This document shows, one piece after another, positions 1 through 10,303 of a stretch of DNA of 64,000 bases. How positions within the stretch are numbered: the stretch's first letter is position 1; every line of letters begins with the position of its first letter. This DNA is from Patescibacteria group bacterium (GTDB lineage Bacteria > Patescibacteriota > Minisyncoccia > Phycocordibacterales > UBA9973). The stretch covers positions 2,247 through 66,246 of the forward strand of contig JAGWLB010000003.1 in the NCBI GenBank assembly GCA_028865035.1. Reading direction: 5' to 3'. The notes below the pieces were generated by a model, which worked only from the letters and a program-made list of their open reading frames with translations, was not told the origin of the DNA and searched no databases. The translations under genes were made by a program, and so were the position numbers.

Positions 1-598
1 CCCAGTGACCAGAGTTAATTGTCCCATTTATTTGCTCAATATTACTAAACCCTGTAGTTGATAATAAATCTTTCTGCCAACCCTTGAAAGTAAATTTAAA
101 GTTACAAGATTTATCCTGTAAAGTATCGTCCACTCCACTAGGTAATGTTATGACAAAGCTCCACACTGGAGAACTAGAATAAGCTTGTGGCGTGGTTTCA
201 AAACTAGAAAGGGAACCATTGTATACTGATGTATTATCCATACTAGCATCTAGGCTTAGAGCATTACATAAGTCTGTGTCGCCAGTCATATCTGTGACTC
301 CTGATGTGTATTGGAAATCCAGACTTCCGTTATTTGTTATAGTTGTTGATATAGGTGAGGAAGAGTCACCTTTAGAAAGTGTAGACGTAAAATCTGTAGA
401 TGGGTTCAGATGAAAAATAAGAGTACCAGCTGTAAAAGTATTCCCACTCGCAGTAGCACTTGAACTAAAATATGCATAAGTATAATTTACAGTGAAGATA
501 CTTCCAAAGATTGACACGACCATAAAAATAACTAAAAACTTTTTGAATTGTTTTTTTAAATTAGGAAAATATTTATTTGGATTTTTATGTATTTTCAT
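1..598 (-). CDS. SipW-dependent signal peptide protein (TasA/TapA-like), runs off window start
   Basis: Hand translation from ATG at 598: MKIHKNPNKYFPNLKKQFKKFLVIFMVVSIFGSIFTVNYTYAYFSSSATASGNTFTAGTL...; the AYF-x-S...N-x-F-TAG-x-L motif is the SipW-class substrate signature; open to the window edge; absent from the ORF track. Confidence 0.8.
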   Translation of the reverse strand, partial: MKIHKNPNKYFPNLKKQFKKFLVIFMVVSIFGSIFTVNYTYAYFSSSATASGNTFTAGTLIFHLNPSTDFTSTLSKGDSSSPISTTITNNGSLDFQYTSGVTDMTGDTDLCNALSLDASMDNTSVYNGSLSSFETTPQAYSSSPVWSFVITLPSGVDDTLQDKSCNFKFTFKGWQKDLLSTTGFSNIEQINGTINSGHW

Positions 599-1136
599 CT
601 GATAATTTTTCTGTAGTAAATTTATTTTTTTCACTTTTTATCTTTTTAACTTCATTTCTTATCTTCCTCATTTCATCATAAATCACAACTGCAGCGGGTA
701 CGATGATGATAAGCATAAGACCAATAGGTTTCTTTATGAAATTTATAATGTAACCAAGATAGGGGATGGAGAATAAGACTCTGCCTGTGACTTCTTTTTG
801 TGGAGTTTCTGCACTATCTTCGGCATTATTTGCATCACCTTTAGTCCTATAAATCATATTACCTTCTACAGCTCTTTCTTCTGCTATACGGTGTGTGGTA
901 GGTATATCCGTCTTAGTGTTATCACCAAAAGTAATAATATCTCCTACTTTGTAACTTGATTCGGGCTTTACTATAACTACACTTCCAGTGTGTATCGTAG
1001 GTTCCATTGATCCTGAAAGAACAGCTAGTGTTTTTATATTCCCAGTCACTGGTATTAAAGATACGACCAAAATTATTCCAATAAATATTATGTAGGACAA
1101 TATAATATAATAAATTATTTTAAATAATTTCTTCAT
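585..1136 (-). CDS. sipW: signal peptidase I, SipW/ER-type (S26B)
   Basis: VLSGSMEP, THRI and TKGDAN motifs, N- and C-terminal TM helices; flanked by SipW-class substrates. Confidence 0.9.
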   Translation of the reverse strand: MKKLFKIIYYIILSYIIFIGIILVVSLIPVTGNIKTLAVLSGSMEPTIHTGSVVIVKPESSYKVGDIITFGDNTKTDIPTTHRIAEERAVEGNMIYRTKGDANNAEDSAETPQKEVTGRVLFSIPYLGYIINFIKKPIGLMLIIIVPAAVVIYDEMRKIRNEVKKIKSEKNKFTTEKLSDENT

Positions 1137-1218
1137 ATTTTAATAACAAGCATTATAAATGCTTTATTCCCATGCCGACCCTAAGGTCAGCAGGGGTAAA
1201 AACATATAATCTAAATGA

Positions 1219-2859
1219 TTACTGAGCGATAGTGATAGTTAGATCTGTGTTTAGAGAAGCACCTTGGAATGTGTTGTCTGTAGATGGACCATCCACTTGA
1301 ACACCCATTATAAGCTGCTTTTGTTCATTTGAGTTTAGTCCGATAGGTGCATTAACAATTGGAGAAAGAGCTAGATCTTGAAGATCAGCATATCCGTTTC
1401 CATTTTGATCTGTACCGTTTATAAGACCAGTGACTGGACCACCTAGGAAGCCAAATGTGTTTACTGAGCCAGAAACTTGGTCAGAAGGATTTTGATCACC
1501 CCACCAGTTACTCTGACCATTAACTGCGGTTGCTGTGCCATTAGAAATACCAGGCATTACATTGTCTGCAAGATTATTATGATTGATGACAATATTAGAG
1601 AAAGTATTATCTTCTATTCTTACTCCAGCTGCATCTGTATTACCTTTATGATCTACAAGATTACTGATATCGTTATAAGTAATAGAAGCATCAGGAGTAT
1701 TACCCTCAAGTCCAACAGCATGAGACCACAAACCTTCTAGGTCAGAAATTGTATTATTTTTAAATACAAGATTGTCTAAATGACCTGTATGAGTTGAACC
1801 TTGTCCATAACCAACTAAGATACCATAAGCTCCGCGTCCTTCTGTCGCATTTGTATATGGTGATGTTGTATGCCATGGATTTGTGCTTGCTTTTATATTT
1901 GAAATAATATTATTTTCAATATCAACTCCTGTGATTATTCCAGTTCCTGTACTATCTCCTATATATATACCTTTTGCAGAAGAACCTGAATTTAAACCTT
2001 GAACTAGAGTTAAATTACCAACCTTAGTTATAGTATTTCCAATTATAGTATATCCGTTAAATGTACCTGTAGTGCCTGGTTGTATAGATATAGCTTGTGC
2101 AGATCCAGTAGGAAGTGTAGTACCTATATCATGTATTACATTATCTTTAATGGTTATATTATCTGCTCCACTATTGATATTTATACCATATCCAGCAGCC
2201 GGATCAGAAATGCTCAATCCTTCAATAGTTACATTACTTGCAGTAACATCAAATGGAATTGTACTTGTAGATGCTGTACCTTGTGTTGAAGCAATTGTCA
2301 TAGGATATGTTACAGGAATTGTAGACATACCTTCCCATGTAGAACTGTAGTTGCCAGGAGCAACACAGACCACTTTTCCACTATTTGCAGAGTTAGTTGT
2401 TGCATCACTAAGCTTTGTACCTGAAACTGTTACATCACAACTTGTAGGAGCCACATAAGCGCCGATAGTTGCGCCTGCACCACCTTGAAGAAGGTTTGAA
2501 CCACCTAATGTAAGTTTTGTAATACGAATTTGTTTACCAAATCCAGCAGTACCTGTATTCACACTACTAATTCCAATCTTTGTAGCATCTACAGAGCCAG
2601 TGTTCTTTAGCCACACACTTGAGACACTAGGTGTACCACCTGGAGCCATATTTGAAAAATTCCAAGATGCACTTTGTGAACCTAGCCATCCATTTACTGG
2701 AGTGCCATTACTGTCTTTTGCTATTGCAAGATTAAGAGATCCTGCTGTGAATACATTACCTGTTGCAGTAGCTGTACTACTAAAGAATGCACGTGTAGCA
2801 CCTATCGCACCAACTCCAACCAAACCAATAATACCTAAACTTAATAAAATCTTTTTCAT
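1219..2859 (-). CDS. TasA/camelysin-like secreted protein with an inserted parallel beta-helix domain
   Basis: ATRAFFSSTATATGNVFTAGSLNL SipW-type signal; NMAPGG...LKNTGS N-terminal part; central I-x-x-N-x-I repeats; C-terminal DQNGNGYADLQDL...NTFQG. Confidence 0.75.
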   Translation of the reverse strand: MKKILLSLGIIGLVGVGAIGATRAFFSSTATATGNVFTAGSLNLAIAKDSNGTPVNGWLGSQSASWNFSNMAPGGTPSVSSVWLKNTGSVDATKIGISSVNTGTAGFGKQIRITKLTLGGSNLLQGGAGATIGAYVAPTSCDVTVSGTKLSDATTNSANSGKVVCVAPGNYSSTWEGMSTIPVTYPMTIASTQGTASTSTIPFDVTASNVTIEGLSISDPAAGYGININSGADNITIKDNVIHDIGTTLPTGSAQAISIQPGTTGTFNGYTIIGNTITKVGNLTLVQGLNSGSSAKGIYIGDSTGTGIITGVDIENNIISNIKASTNPWHTTSPYTNATEGRGAYGILVGYGQGSTHTGHLDNLVFKNNTISDLEGLWSHAVGLEGNTPDASITYNDISNLVDHKGNTDAAGVRIEDNTFSNIVINHNNLADNVMPGISNGTATAVNGQSNWWGDQNPSDQVSGSVNTFGFLGGPVTGLINGTDQNGNGYADLQDLALSPIVNAPIGLNSNEQKQLIMGVQVDGPSTDNTFQGASLNTDLTITIAQ

Positions 2860-3103
2860 AACATTTTTTATTAAATATTTTAAATTTATATTTAAAAAAT
2901 TTAATAACTTATTTTATATATTAACTAATAATAATTATTATTTTACTGCTAAAAATGAACAAAAAAATACCCAAAATAATAAAATAGGTAAAATCTTTAA
3001 CGACGAAGATATTCAATTTAAGTTTATACCTATCCACACATATGTCAAGAATTAGAAATATATTTCATATTATGTCAATAATAAAATTTGCTATACTAGA
3101 AGT

Positions 3104-4318
3104 ATGCAAAAAAGTGCTGAAAATTTATTCCTTCATGCAGATGGCGACTCATTCTTTGTGGCCTGCGAGGTGTCGCAGCATCCTGAGTATATTGGTAAGC
3201 CAGTAGTAGTAGGTGAGGATCGTGGCATAGCAGTAGCTATGAGCTATGAAGCGAAGAAGTTAGGTGTGACTCGTGGTATGCCAGTATTTAAAATTAAAAA
3301 ACAATTCCCTAGTGTAGTTATACTTCCACACCATTTCGACTTATATAGGAAAATCTCAAAAAATGTTCACGATATACTGCTATCATATCTAGAAGAAGTT
3401 GAGGTGTATAGTATCGATGAATGCTTTGCTACTGTGAAGCAGTCAGATATTCGTTTTGCTGGAAGTGCAGATGAATTAGTAAAATCTATAAAAGATGAGA
3501 TACAAAATACTTTAAATGTGACGTACTCTTTTGGCCTAGGTCGCACTAAAGCACTTGCCAAGACAGCTTCCAAATTAAATAAACCAAATGGAATGGTTAT
3601 ACTTACGAATATTAAAGATGAAGAACAAGCACTTAAGAAAACTTCTATCGATGATATCTGGGGTATAGGTAGACGTACCGTCCCACGCTTAAGGGATATG
3701 GGTATGAAGACAGCATATGACTTCGTACACTATAATAGTGACTATATAAAAAAGTATTTTTCTTCACCATTGTTCCATCTTCAGCAAGAATTATCTGGTT
3801 CGTCTATATATGAACTTGACCCCAATGCTGACCCCAGAGATCAGAAGTCTATACAATCTACAGCTACATTCAAGCCTTCAACGAATGATCTACAAATAAT
3901 TTTTACTGAACTTTCATCGAATGTCGAGAGAGCCTGTGAACATGCTAGAAGCCTAGGTCTTATGACTAACTTCATTTCGTTTTTTATTAAAAATACTGAT
4001 TTTATCCATCATGTAGGTAGTAGCCACTTAACTCTTTATACGACTGATCCAGGAATTATATTGAATAAATTAGAGCCACTATTATATGAATTGGTAAGTA
4101 AATTAAAAGATAATGAAAAAATACGTTCGACAGGGATTACCTTACATAATTTACGTAAATATGAAAATGTCCCTAGAGATCTATTTGGTGTACAAGATGG
4201 ATATGAAGCTAAAAATATTATAGAAGAAGTAAGCGATAGAATAAGAGAGAAATTCGGTCACGATGCTCTAAAGAGGGCATCGTCACTGAAAGTGGCAAAG
4301 AAAGAAAATAGGAGCTAA
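3104..4318 (+). CDS. dinB: Y-family DNA polymerase (DinB/UmuC-like)
   Basis: HADGDSFFVACE, AMSYEAK, YSIDEC, DIWGIG motifs; C-terminal DLF clamp-binding-like motif. Confidence 0.88.
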   Translation: MQKSAENLFLHADGDSFFVACEVSQHPEYIGKPVVVGEDRGIAVAMSYEAKKLGVTRGMPVFKIKKQFPSVVILPHHFDLYRKISKNVHDILLSYLEEVEVYSIDECFATVKQSDIRFAGSADELVKSIKDEIQNTLNVTYSFGLGRTKALAKTASKLNKPNGMVILTNIKDEEQALKKTSIDDIWGIGRRTVPRLRDMGMKTAYDFVHYNSDYIKKYFSSPLFHLQQELSGSSIYELDPNADPRDQKSIQSTATFKPSTNDLQIIFTELSSNVERACEHARSLGLMTNFISFFIKNTDFIHHVGSSHLTLYTTDPGIILNKLEPLLYELVSKLKDNEKIRSTGITLHNLRKYENVPRDLFGVQDGYEAKNIIEEVSDRIREKFGHDALKRASSLKVAKKENRS

Positions 4319-4332
4319 ATAATAGCTCCTAT
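4308..4332. terminator. hairpin between convergent genes
   Basis: ATAGGAGCTA-aataa-TAGCTCCTAT inverted repeat overlapping the dinB stop. Confidence 0.5.
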
Positions 4333-4377
4333 AGTGTAATTTATAAAAAATAATCCATAATAATATTGTGATATTTT

Positions 4378-4887
4378 TTACGCCGCCATTTTTTCGACTG
4401 CAAATTCAATTTTTGATGGAAATGATTTTTTCCATGTATGTTTATGGTTGAACTTCCAGGCAAGCATTCTGCATAATATATCACAGGCTTGGTTCAAGTT
4501 ATTCTCTTTAAATAGTATTTTCCATGCTTTTGACCCAACCTTTTTTGTGATAAAAGGATGTTTGATAATCATTAGAGTTATGATTTCATCAATTGTAAGC
4601 TCAGAATTTTTCTTTATACCGTTTTCAAGGTAGCAAAATTGAAATAAAATATTCCACCCCTGAAAATGTTTATATTCCCATAATCTTAATAAGAATTTCT
4701 CCTTATTTATTTCAGGAATATCTTCACATTTCTTAGGGTATAAGTGATGTCTATTTGCTTTGACACGATCTAAGCCAATAACCGGCATGTGTTTAATGTT
4801 ATAAGTATCCTTACCATTAGTATATAAAAATGGATGAAAAATAACTTTTGTTGGACCCTTGGTTTTTTTGTGCTTGGTTCTTTGCAT
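4378..4887 (-). CDS. hypothetical basic protein with degenerate HNH-like NRHHLYPK motif
   Basis: ORF track 4378..4917; ATG at 4887 (MQRTKHKK) preferred as start. Confidence 0.55.
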   Translation of the reverse strand: MQRTKHKKTKGPTKVIFHPFLYTNGKDTYNIKHMPVIGLDRVKANRHHLYPKKCEDIPEINKEKFLLRLWEYKHFQGWNILFQFCYLENGIKKNSELTIDEIITLMIIKHPFITKKVGSKAWKILFKENNLNQACDILCRMLAWKFNHKHTWKKSFPSKIEFAVEKMAA

Positions 4888-5101
4888 AATTAAATTTTTT
4901 AGATTAAAAATATACAATTTATGGCACTAAGACTTGATTTTTAGTCAAAGAGCTGGGTTAAGAAATATTTTCTTGATTATATAATAATTAAATATTTTTG
5001 TTAAATTTGTTTAATTTAATTACATTTTGGTAAGATTGACACTTATTTTAAATAAATAGTAGAATAATGAAAAATCATTCATAACGCTAAAATATAAAAC
5101 T

Positions 5102-5620
5102 ATGCCAATTATAGGGAGAATTAGATCTATTCCATATGAATACATCTTAGAGAATATGTATGTAGGAACTAAAGGTTACATATATCTTGAAAAAATAATA
5201 TTAACGCGTTTTGCAGTCTTTATACATTTGGATACACATGTCGTATCCAAATTTAACAAAAATATCGATAAACGCTATTTTTTACCCATCAAAAGAATTT
5301 CAAATGGCCTTACTGAATTAGATTTCGATTTAATCTGGTCAGATACAGATAAGATTGGTTTAATGCTTTATCCAGAGTATGTGTATTTTGATTTAATTGA
5401 AGAAAATCAAGATTATCTTATTTTCTTCATATATGAACATAATGTTTTAGATAAAGAAAAAAAACTTTTAATTTATAATGATAAATTAAAAGTTTTAAAT
5501 ACACAGCTACAAATTTTAAAAGCTGAAGAGAATTTTTTAATCGCTGCGAAAGTTAGAGACGAAATTGAAACATTAAAAAACAAAGGTTTAAATAGTTTAT
5601 TTTCACCTAAAAAATTATAA
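5102..5620 (+). CDS. hypothetical protein with C-terminal UVR-like coiled coil
   Basis: C-terminal AEENFLIAAKVRDEI matches the UvrB/UvrC E-x-F-E-x-A-A-x-x-R-D pattern. Confidence 0.55.
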   Translation: MPIIGRIRSIPYEYILENMYVGTKGYIYLEKIILTRFAVFIHLDTHVVSKFNKNIDKRYFLPIKRISNGLTELDFDLIWSDTDKIGLMLYPEYVYFDLIEENQDYLIFFIYEHNVLDKEKKLLIYNDKLKVLNTQLQILKAEENFLIAAKVRDEIETLKNKGLNSLFSPKKL

Positions 5621-5651
5621 TTTACAAAAGCTTGGTTACTGCGACCAAGCT

Positions 5652-6086
5652 TTATTTTATATACCCATTAGCACCTACTAAGATCGCAGTATCATCTCTA
5701 AGGAATCTTTCTTGGTTATTACTGTCATCACCATAGGACTTCTCTATGAAATATAATTTTTCTCCTTCTTTTACTACATAGGTTTGAGAATGATATTCTG
5801 CATTTTGTGAATTAAGTGTAATTTGAGTTGAACCATCCGCTAAAGTATTTTTTGTAACAGTAAATCCGGTCAAAGCTTTTTGAGTATCTGTATCAAATGT
5901 TGGTGTAGATATAAGATGTGCGTAAGGGAATAGAGGAGAATTAGAAAATAATTCTGGGGTTGTGGTATTTTGACTTGCTGGAGTCTTAACATTATCTTCG
6001 TCATTCTTACTATGCTCGTTAATGTAAACTAAAAACCCTATAACCAAAATTGCAATTACTAATATAATTAATTGTTTTTTCTTCAT
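5652..6086 (-). CDS. hypothetical membrane-anchored exported protein
   Basis: MKKK followed by a hydrophobic helix, then a soluble domain. Confidence 0.65.
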   Translation of the reverse strand: MKKKQLIILVIAILVIGFLVYINEHSKNDEDNVKTPASQNTTTPELFSNSPLFPYAHLISTPTFDTDTQKALTGFTVTKNTLADGSTQITLNSQNAEYHSQTYVVKEGEKLYFIEKSYGDDSNNQERFLRDDTAILVGANGYIK

Positions 6087-6161
6087 ATAAATACGATTGT
6101 TTTAAATTTCTAATTTGAGTATTATACCATATATTATATTTGATAATGATATACTGATAAA

Positions 6162-6959
6162 ATGGAAGAGAATATAAAGAAAATAACTATCGTTGAAGGA
6201 AACCAAGCTTCTTTTTGTCCTATGCGTGGGGGTATTATTACTTCTATTAAATTAAAAGGTAAAGAGATATTATACTTAGACGAAGATACTTTCAAGAACA
6301 GTGAAGTAAATGTCAGAGGAGGCATACCTATTCTTTTCCCCAATGCTGGTCCTTTAGAAAATAGTACAGAATTCCCGAATCTTAAACAACATGGCTTTGC
6401 GAGAAATTCTGATAAATGGCAATCTGAATTAAATAATAATTATTTTAAAGAAGTACTAATATCGGACGATGATACTTTAAAGTTATATCCATACAATTTT
6501 CAATTATCGATTGAAGGTATTTTAGAAAAAAATGGTTCTTTTACTTTAATACAAAAAGTATTAAACAAAGAAATCAATAAAGATATACCAGTTTCTATGG
6601 GTCTACATCCATACTTCAAAGTATCAAATGATCATAAAAAGAATATTAAATTCAATTTTGAAGGAGGAGAATATATAGAAGATAATATTGATATGTGGTC
6701 AAATGGAAAATTCATCTCTATCGATAATCCTAGTGTTCTTAACTCAACTTCAATTATGGAAATTAGTATTCCTAGCTTAGGTATGCTAGAAATTAAAGCA
6801 TCGCCAGAATATAAAAAGATATGGATATGGTCATTACCAGATAAAGATTTTATTTGTATTGAACCAGTTATGAGAGATAATGGTGGTCTTGTCGATAATC
6901 CAGAAATGATAAAGCCAAACGAAATCTTATCAGCACAAATAAATATCAATTTAAAATAA
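6162..6959 (+). CDS. aldose 1-epimerase (galactose mutarotase-like) family protein
   Basis: RGGIPILFP, QHGFAR, GLHPYF, FICIEP motifs. Confidence 0.88.
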   Translation: MEENIKKITIVEGNQASFCPMRGGIITSIKLKGKEILYLDEDTFKNSEVNVRGGIPILFPNAGPLENSTEFPNLKQHGFARNSDKWQSELNNNYFKEVLISDDDTLKLYPYNFQLSIEGILEKNGSFTLIQKVLNKEINKDIPVSMGLHPYFKVSNDHKKNIKFNFEGGEYIEDNIDMWSNGKFISIDNPSVLNSTSIMEISIPSLGMLEIKASPEYKKIWIWSLPDKDFICIEPVMRDNGGLVDNPEMIKPNEILSAQININLK

Positions 6960-8210
6960 ATGAAACAACCAGAGATGTATGATGTAATAGTTATAGGTGG
7001 GGGAGCAGCAGGCCTGATGGCGGCTGGTACTTCTGCTGGTTTAGGTAAAAAGGTTCTTTTACTTGAGAAGAATAAATCACTTGGCAAGAAACTTAAAATT
7101 ACTGGTGGAGGCCGTTGTAATATTACTAACGGAGAAGAAGATATACATAAATTCTTAAAAGCATACGAAGAAGGCGGAGATCATCTATACTCTCCATTTT
7201 CAAAGTTTAATAATAAAGATACTTTTAAATTTTTTGAAAATAAAAATTTACCTCTAGTTACTCAAGCACGCAAACGTGTATTTCCTCATACAGAACGTGC
7301 TATTGATGTATATAATGTTTTGGAGCAATACATAAAAGAGGGGAAAGTGACGGTAAAATTATCAAATCCAGTATTAAAAATATCAAGTGATAAGGAGAAT
7401 AGAAAAATAGTAAGCGTAAAGACTAAGGATGGTATTTGGAAAGCAAATTCTTACATATTTGCCACCGGGGGCGTGTCCCACAGAGAGACAGGTTCGACTG
7501 GGGATGGTTTCAAATGGTTAAAAGATTTGGGGCATACAGTCAAAGATCCGACGCCTACTATAGTGCCTCTACAAGCTAAAGACAAATGGATACACACTCT
7601 TGCTGGAGTATCGTTGTCATTTATGAAAATCACTTTTTATTTAGATAATAAAAAGCAATTTAGTAAAACTGGGAAAATACTTTTTACACATTTTGGACTC
7701 TCTGGTCCATTGATATTAAATTGTTCTAAAAAAGTATCGGACCTTTTACAATCGGGTGAAGTCACAGCCAAGATTGATGCCTATCCAGATACAGATCTCG
7801 GTTCTCTTGAGAAGAAAGTAATTAAAATATTTGATTTAAACAAGAATAAAATATTAAAAAATATCCTGAAAGATATAACTCCACCTGGGACAGCTAAAGG
7901 TATTGAAATGATTTTCAATGATATTGATCTTACAAAAAAAGTTCACAGTGTCACCAAAGAAGAAAGAAAGCAAATTGTTCAAAATCTCAAATCATTACCA
8001 GTGAGCATTATTGGTCTGATGGGTTACGATAGAGCAGTGGTAGCAGATGGTGGGGTTGTAATGAAAGAAATAGATACAAAAACAATGCGTTCTATGCTAT
8101 ATGACAACCTTTATATTATTGGAGATTTGCTTCACATTACTCGTCCTTCAGGTGGGTATTCCTTACAGCTATGTTGGACTACTGGATATGTAGCTGGTAT
8201 GAATGCATAA
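6960..8210 (+). CDS. HI0933/BaiN family flavoprotein
   Basis: GGGAAG, KLKITGGGRCNITN, GSTGDG, LFTHFGLSGP, SGGYSLQ. Confidence 0.9.
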   Translation: MKQPEMYDVIVIGGGAAGLMAAGTSAGLGKKVLLLEKNKSLGKKLKITGGGRCNITNGEEDIHKFLKAYEEGGDHLYSPFSKFNNKDTFKFFENKNLPLVTQARKRVFPHTERAIDVYNVLEQYIKEGKVTVKLSNPVLKISSDKENRKIVSVKTKDGIWKANSYIFATGGVSHRETGSTGDGFKWLKDLGHTVKDPTPTIVPLQAKDKWIHTLAGVSLSFMKITFYLDNKKQFSKTGKILFTHFGLSGPLILNCSKKVSDLLQSGEVTAKIDAYPDTDLGSLEKKVIKIFDLNKNKILKNILKDITPPGTAKGIEMIFNDIDLTKKVHSVTKEERKQIVQNLKSLPVSIIGLMGYDRAVVADGGVVMKEIDTKTMRSMLYDNLYIIGDLLHITRPSGGYSLQLCWTTGYVAGMNA

Positions 8211-8253
8211 AAAAGATCTCATTGCTTTTACACAACAAGATCTAACTTTTTTA

Positions 8254-9102
8254 TTAATCTACATATTCTTCATATTCGTACATTATTCCAGGTAAAGTTT
8301 TTTTCGCCTCTTTGTCAATAATGTCTTTTTCCTCATTAGTTATTTTAGATAATTTATAAAGGGCAAATACAACCAAGGATAATACAGAACATATTAGTGC
8401 TAATTCTCCTAATTTGACAGTATTCATTATCATTACTGATTTGAATTGTAGTATTGCGCTTAATAAGCCTACAGTAAAAATATACGGTATTGTTCTGTAC
8501 AAATTGTTGCCATAACAATTCTCGCTGGAAGTAATCCCTTTTTTATTTATTGTCGCTAACATTACAGAGCCTGTTACAATTGGGGCCCAAATATACCAGC
8601 TTTTCCACAATACATATATTTGGTAAAAGAAAGAAACTATAAAAATAGTAATTGCAATTACTATCAATGTCTCATATAACTTTTCTCCTACAACAGCTTT
8701 TTTAAGGGTGTATTCTTTTGCTTGTTCTTTAACAAGTAAAAAGTTGGTTATTATACTCAATACTAAAACAATACCTACTCCTAACCATCCAAATTTATTT
8801 GGATTTGCATGCATTAACATGGTTGCAAAGATTGTTATCTCGAAAGCTAAATTTGCAAGTATTAGTTGCAAAATCAATTTTTTGAAGTAATGATGTTCTA
8901 ATAGTAGCTGAAAGATATTCGCATACAATATAAGATATCCTATAAATGTAAACGAAATTGTAATCAAAAATATAGCAGTGTTGGCTTTTGCTAAAAATAA
9001 TGCTAAAAATATTCCTAATATGTTTAGCATTCCAAATGTCGTAAAAAAGAAATTTATTAATTTTTCTTTAATAGATGGAGTGGGGTTACTAATCTTTTTC
9101 AT
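8254..9102 (-). CDS. hypothetical multi-pass membrane protein
   Basis: 282-aa ORF with about 8 hydrophobic segments. Confidence 0.65.
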   Translation of the reverse strand: MKKISNPTPSIKEKLINFFFTTFGMLNILGIFLALFLAKANTAIFLITISFTFIGYLILYANIFQLLLEHHYFKKLILQLILANLAFEITIFATMLMHANPNKFGWLGVGIVLVLSIITNFLLVKEQAKEYTLKKAVVGEKLYETLIVIAITIFIVSFFYQIYVLWKSWYIWAPIVTGSVMLATINKKGITSSENCYGNNLYRTIPYIFTVGLLSAILQFKSVMIMNTVKLGELALICSVLSLVVFALYKLSKITNEEKDIIDKEAKKTLPGIMYEYEEYVD

Positions 9103-9237
9103 AACTGTAAGTTTTAAATTTTTAAATAATTTTTTCTTATTCTAGCATATCTGAGCATATATGTCAATTAAATAATTTATCTGAAAATTAAATATATTAT
9201 GCTATAATATGATTATTATAATAATTTAAAAAATACG

Positions 9238-9588
9238 ATGGCAATACACACATTAGGTTACATTATTTTTGGGGCTTATTTCGTTTACTCTGGTTTAAAT
9301 CATTTTATGAATGAAAAAATGCTAACTGGTTATGCTAAAAGCAAAGGCATTCCATCTCCACGATTAGCAGTTCTACTGACAGGGGCAATGATGATATTCG
9401 GTGGTCTTGGATTTTTATTTCAAATGTATACACAGCAAGCAGCTATGTTACTAGTAATATTTTTAGTGCCTACAACGTTTGCAATGCACTCTTTTTGGAA
9501 AATTACAGATCCAACTCACAAAATGGGTGAAATGGTTAACTTTATGAAGAATCTTGCGTTAATAGGTGCTTTGTTAATGTTTTTGTAA
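9238..9588 (+). CDS. DoxX family membrane protein
   Basis: SGLNHF, MHSFWK, NFMKNLALIG motifs. Confidence 0.85.
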   Translation: MAIHTLGYIIFGAYFVYSGLNHFMNEKMLTGYAKSKGIPSPRLAVLLTGAMMIFGGLGFLFQMYTQQAAMLLVIFLVPTTFAMHSFWKITDPTHKMGEMVNFMKNLALIGALLMFL

Positions 9589-9594
9589 TTCATA

Positions 9595-10284
9595 ATGAAT
9601 AGTGTAGGTACGCTTTATGTAGTTGCTACTCCGATAGGTAATCTAGAAGATATAACTTTTAGAGCAGTTCGTGTACTCAAAGAAGTAGATTGTATTTTGT
9701 GCGAAGATACTCGCACAACAAAAAAGCTACTAGATAAGTACGATATTCGCACTCGTACTATGAGTTATCATACTCATAGTACGAGTGCAAAAGAATCTGT
9801 CATAATTAGAATGCTTAAGGAAGGTCAGAATTTAGCTCTGGTATCAGATGCTGGTACTCCTTGTATCTCTGACCCAGGTGTATTACTTGTGGCAAACGTA
9901 TACAAAGAGTTAGGAATCTCTGCCTGTGTAGTACCTATACCAGGACCCAGTGCATTAATTGCAGGACTTTCTGTAAGTGGGCTTTCATCATCGACTTTTA
10001 CTTTTCTAGGATTTTTACCACACAAGAAAGGTAGAGAAACATTATTCAAAGATATGGTTATATCAAAAGAAATGATTGTTTTTTATGAATCAACGCATAG
10101 AATAATGAAAACTTTAATTTCTTTAGATGAATATCTTCCTGATCGTAATGTAGTTATTGCTCGTGAATTAACTAAAAAGTTCGAAGAAATTATAAGAGGT
10201 AAACCTAAAGAGGTAATACAATATCTTACTTTAGATATTAATAAGCAAAAAGGGGAGTTTGTCGTTATTGTAGCTCCTAATTAA
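9595..10284 (+). CDS. rsmI: 16S rRNA (cytidine1402-2'-O)-methyltransferase
   Basis: LYVVATPIGNLEDIT, CEDTR, SDAGTPCISDPG, ARELTKKFEE, KGEFV. Confidence 0.95.
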   Translation: MNSVGTLYVVATPIGNLEDITFRAVRVLKEVDCILCEDTRTTKKLLDKYDIRTRTMSYHTHSTSAKESVIIRMLKEGQNLALVSDAGTPCISDPGVLLVANVYKELGISACVVPIPGPSALIAGLSVSGLSSSTFTFLGFLPHKKGRETLFKDMVISKEMIVFYESTHRIMKTLISLDEYLPDRNVVIARELTKKFEEIIRGKPKEVIQYLTLDINKQKGEFVVIVAPN

Positions 10285-10303
10285 ATGCGCTATAATGCAT
10301 ATT

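Noticed and set aside
2860-3000. Extremely AT-rich tract with short palindromes upstream of the TasA-like gene
   Set aside because: Low-complexity leader/promoter DNA; no specific structure can be supported
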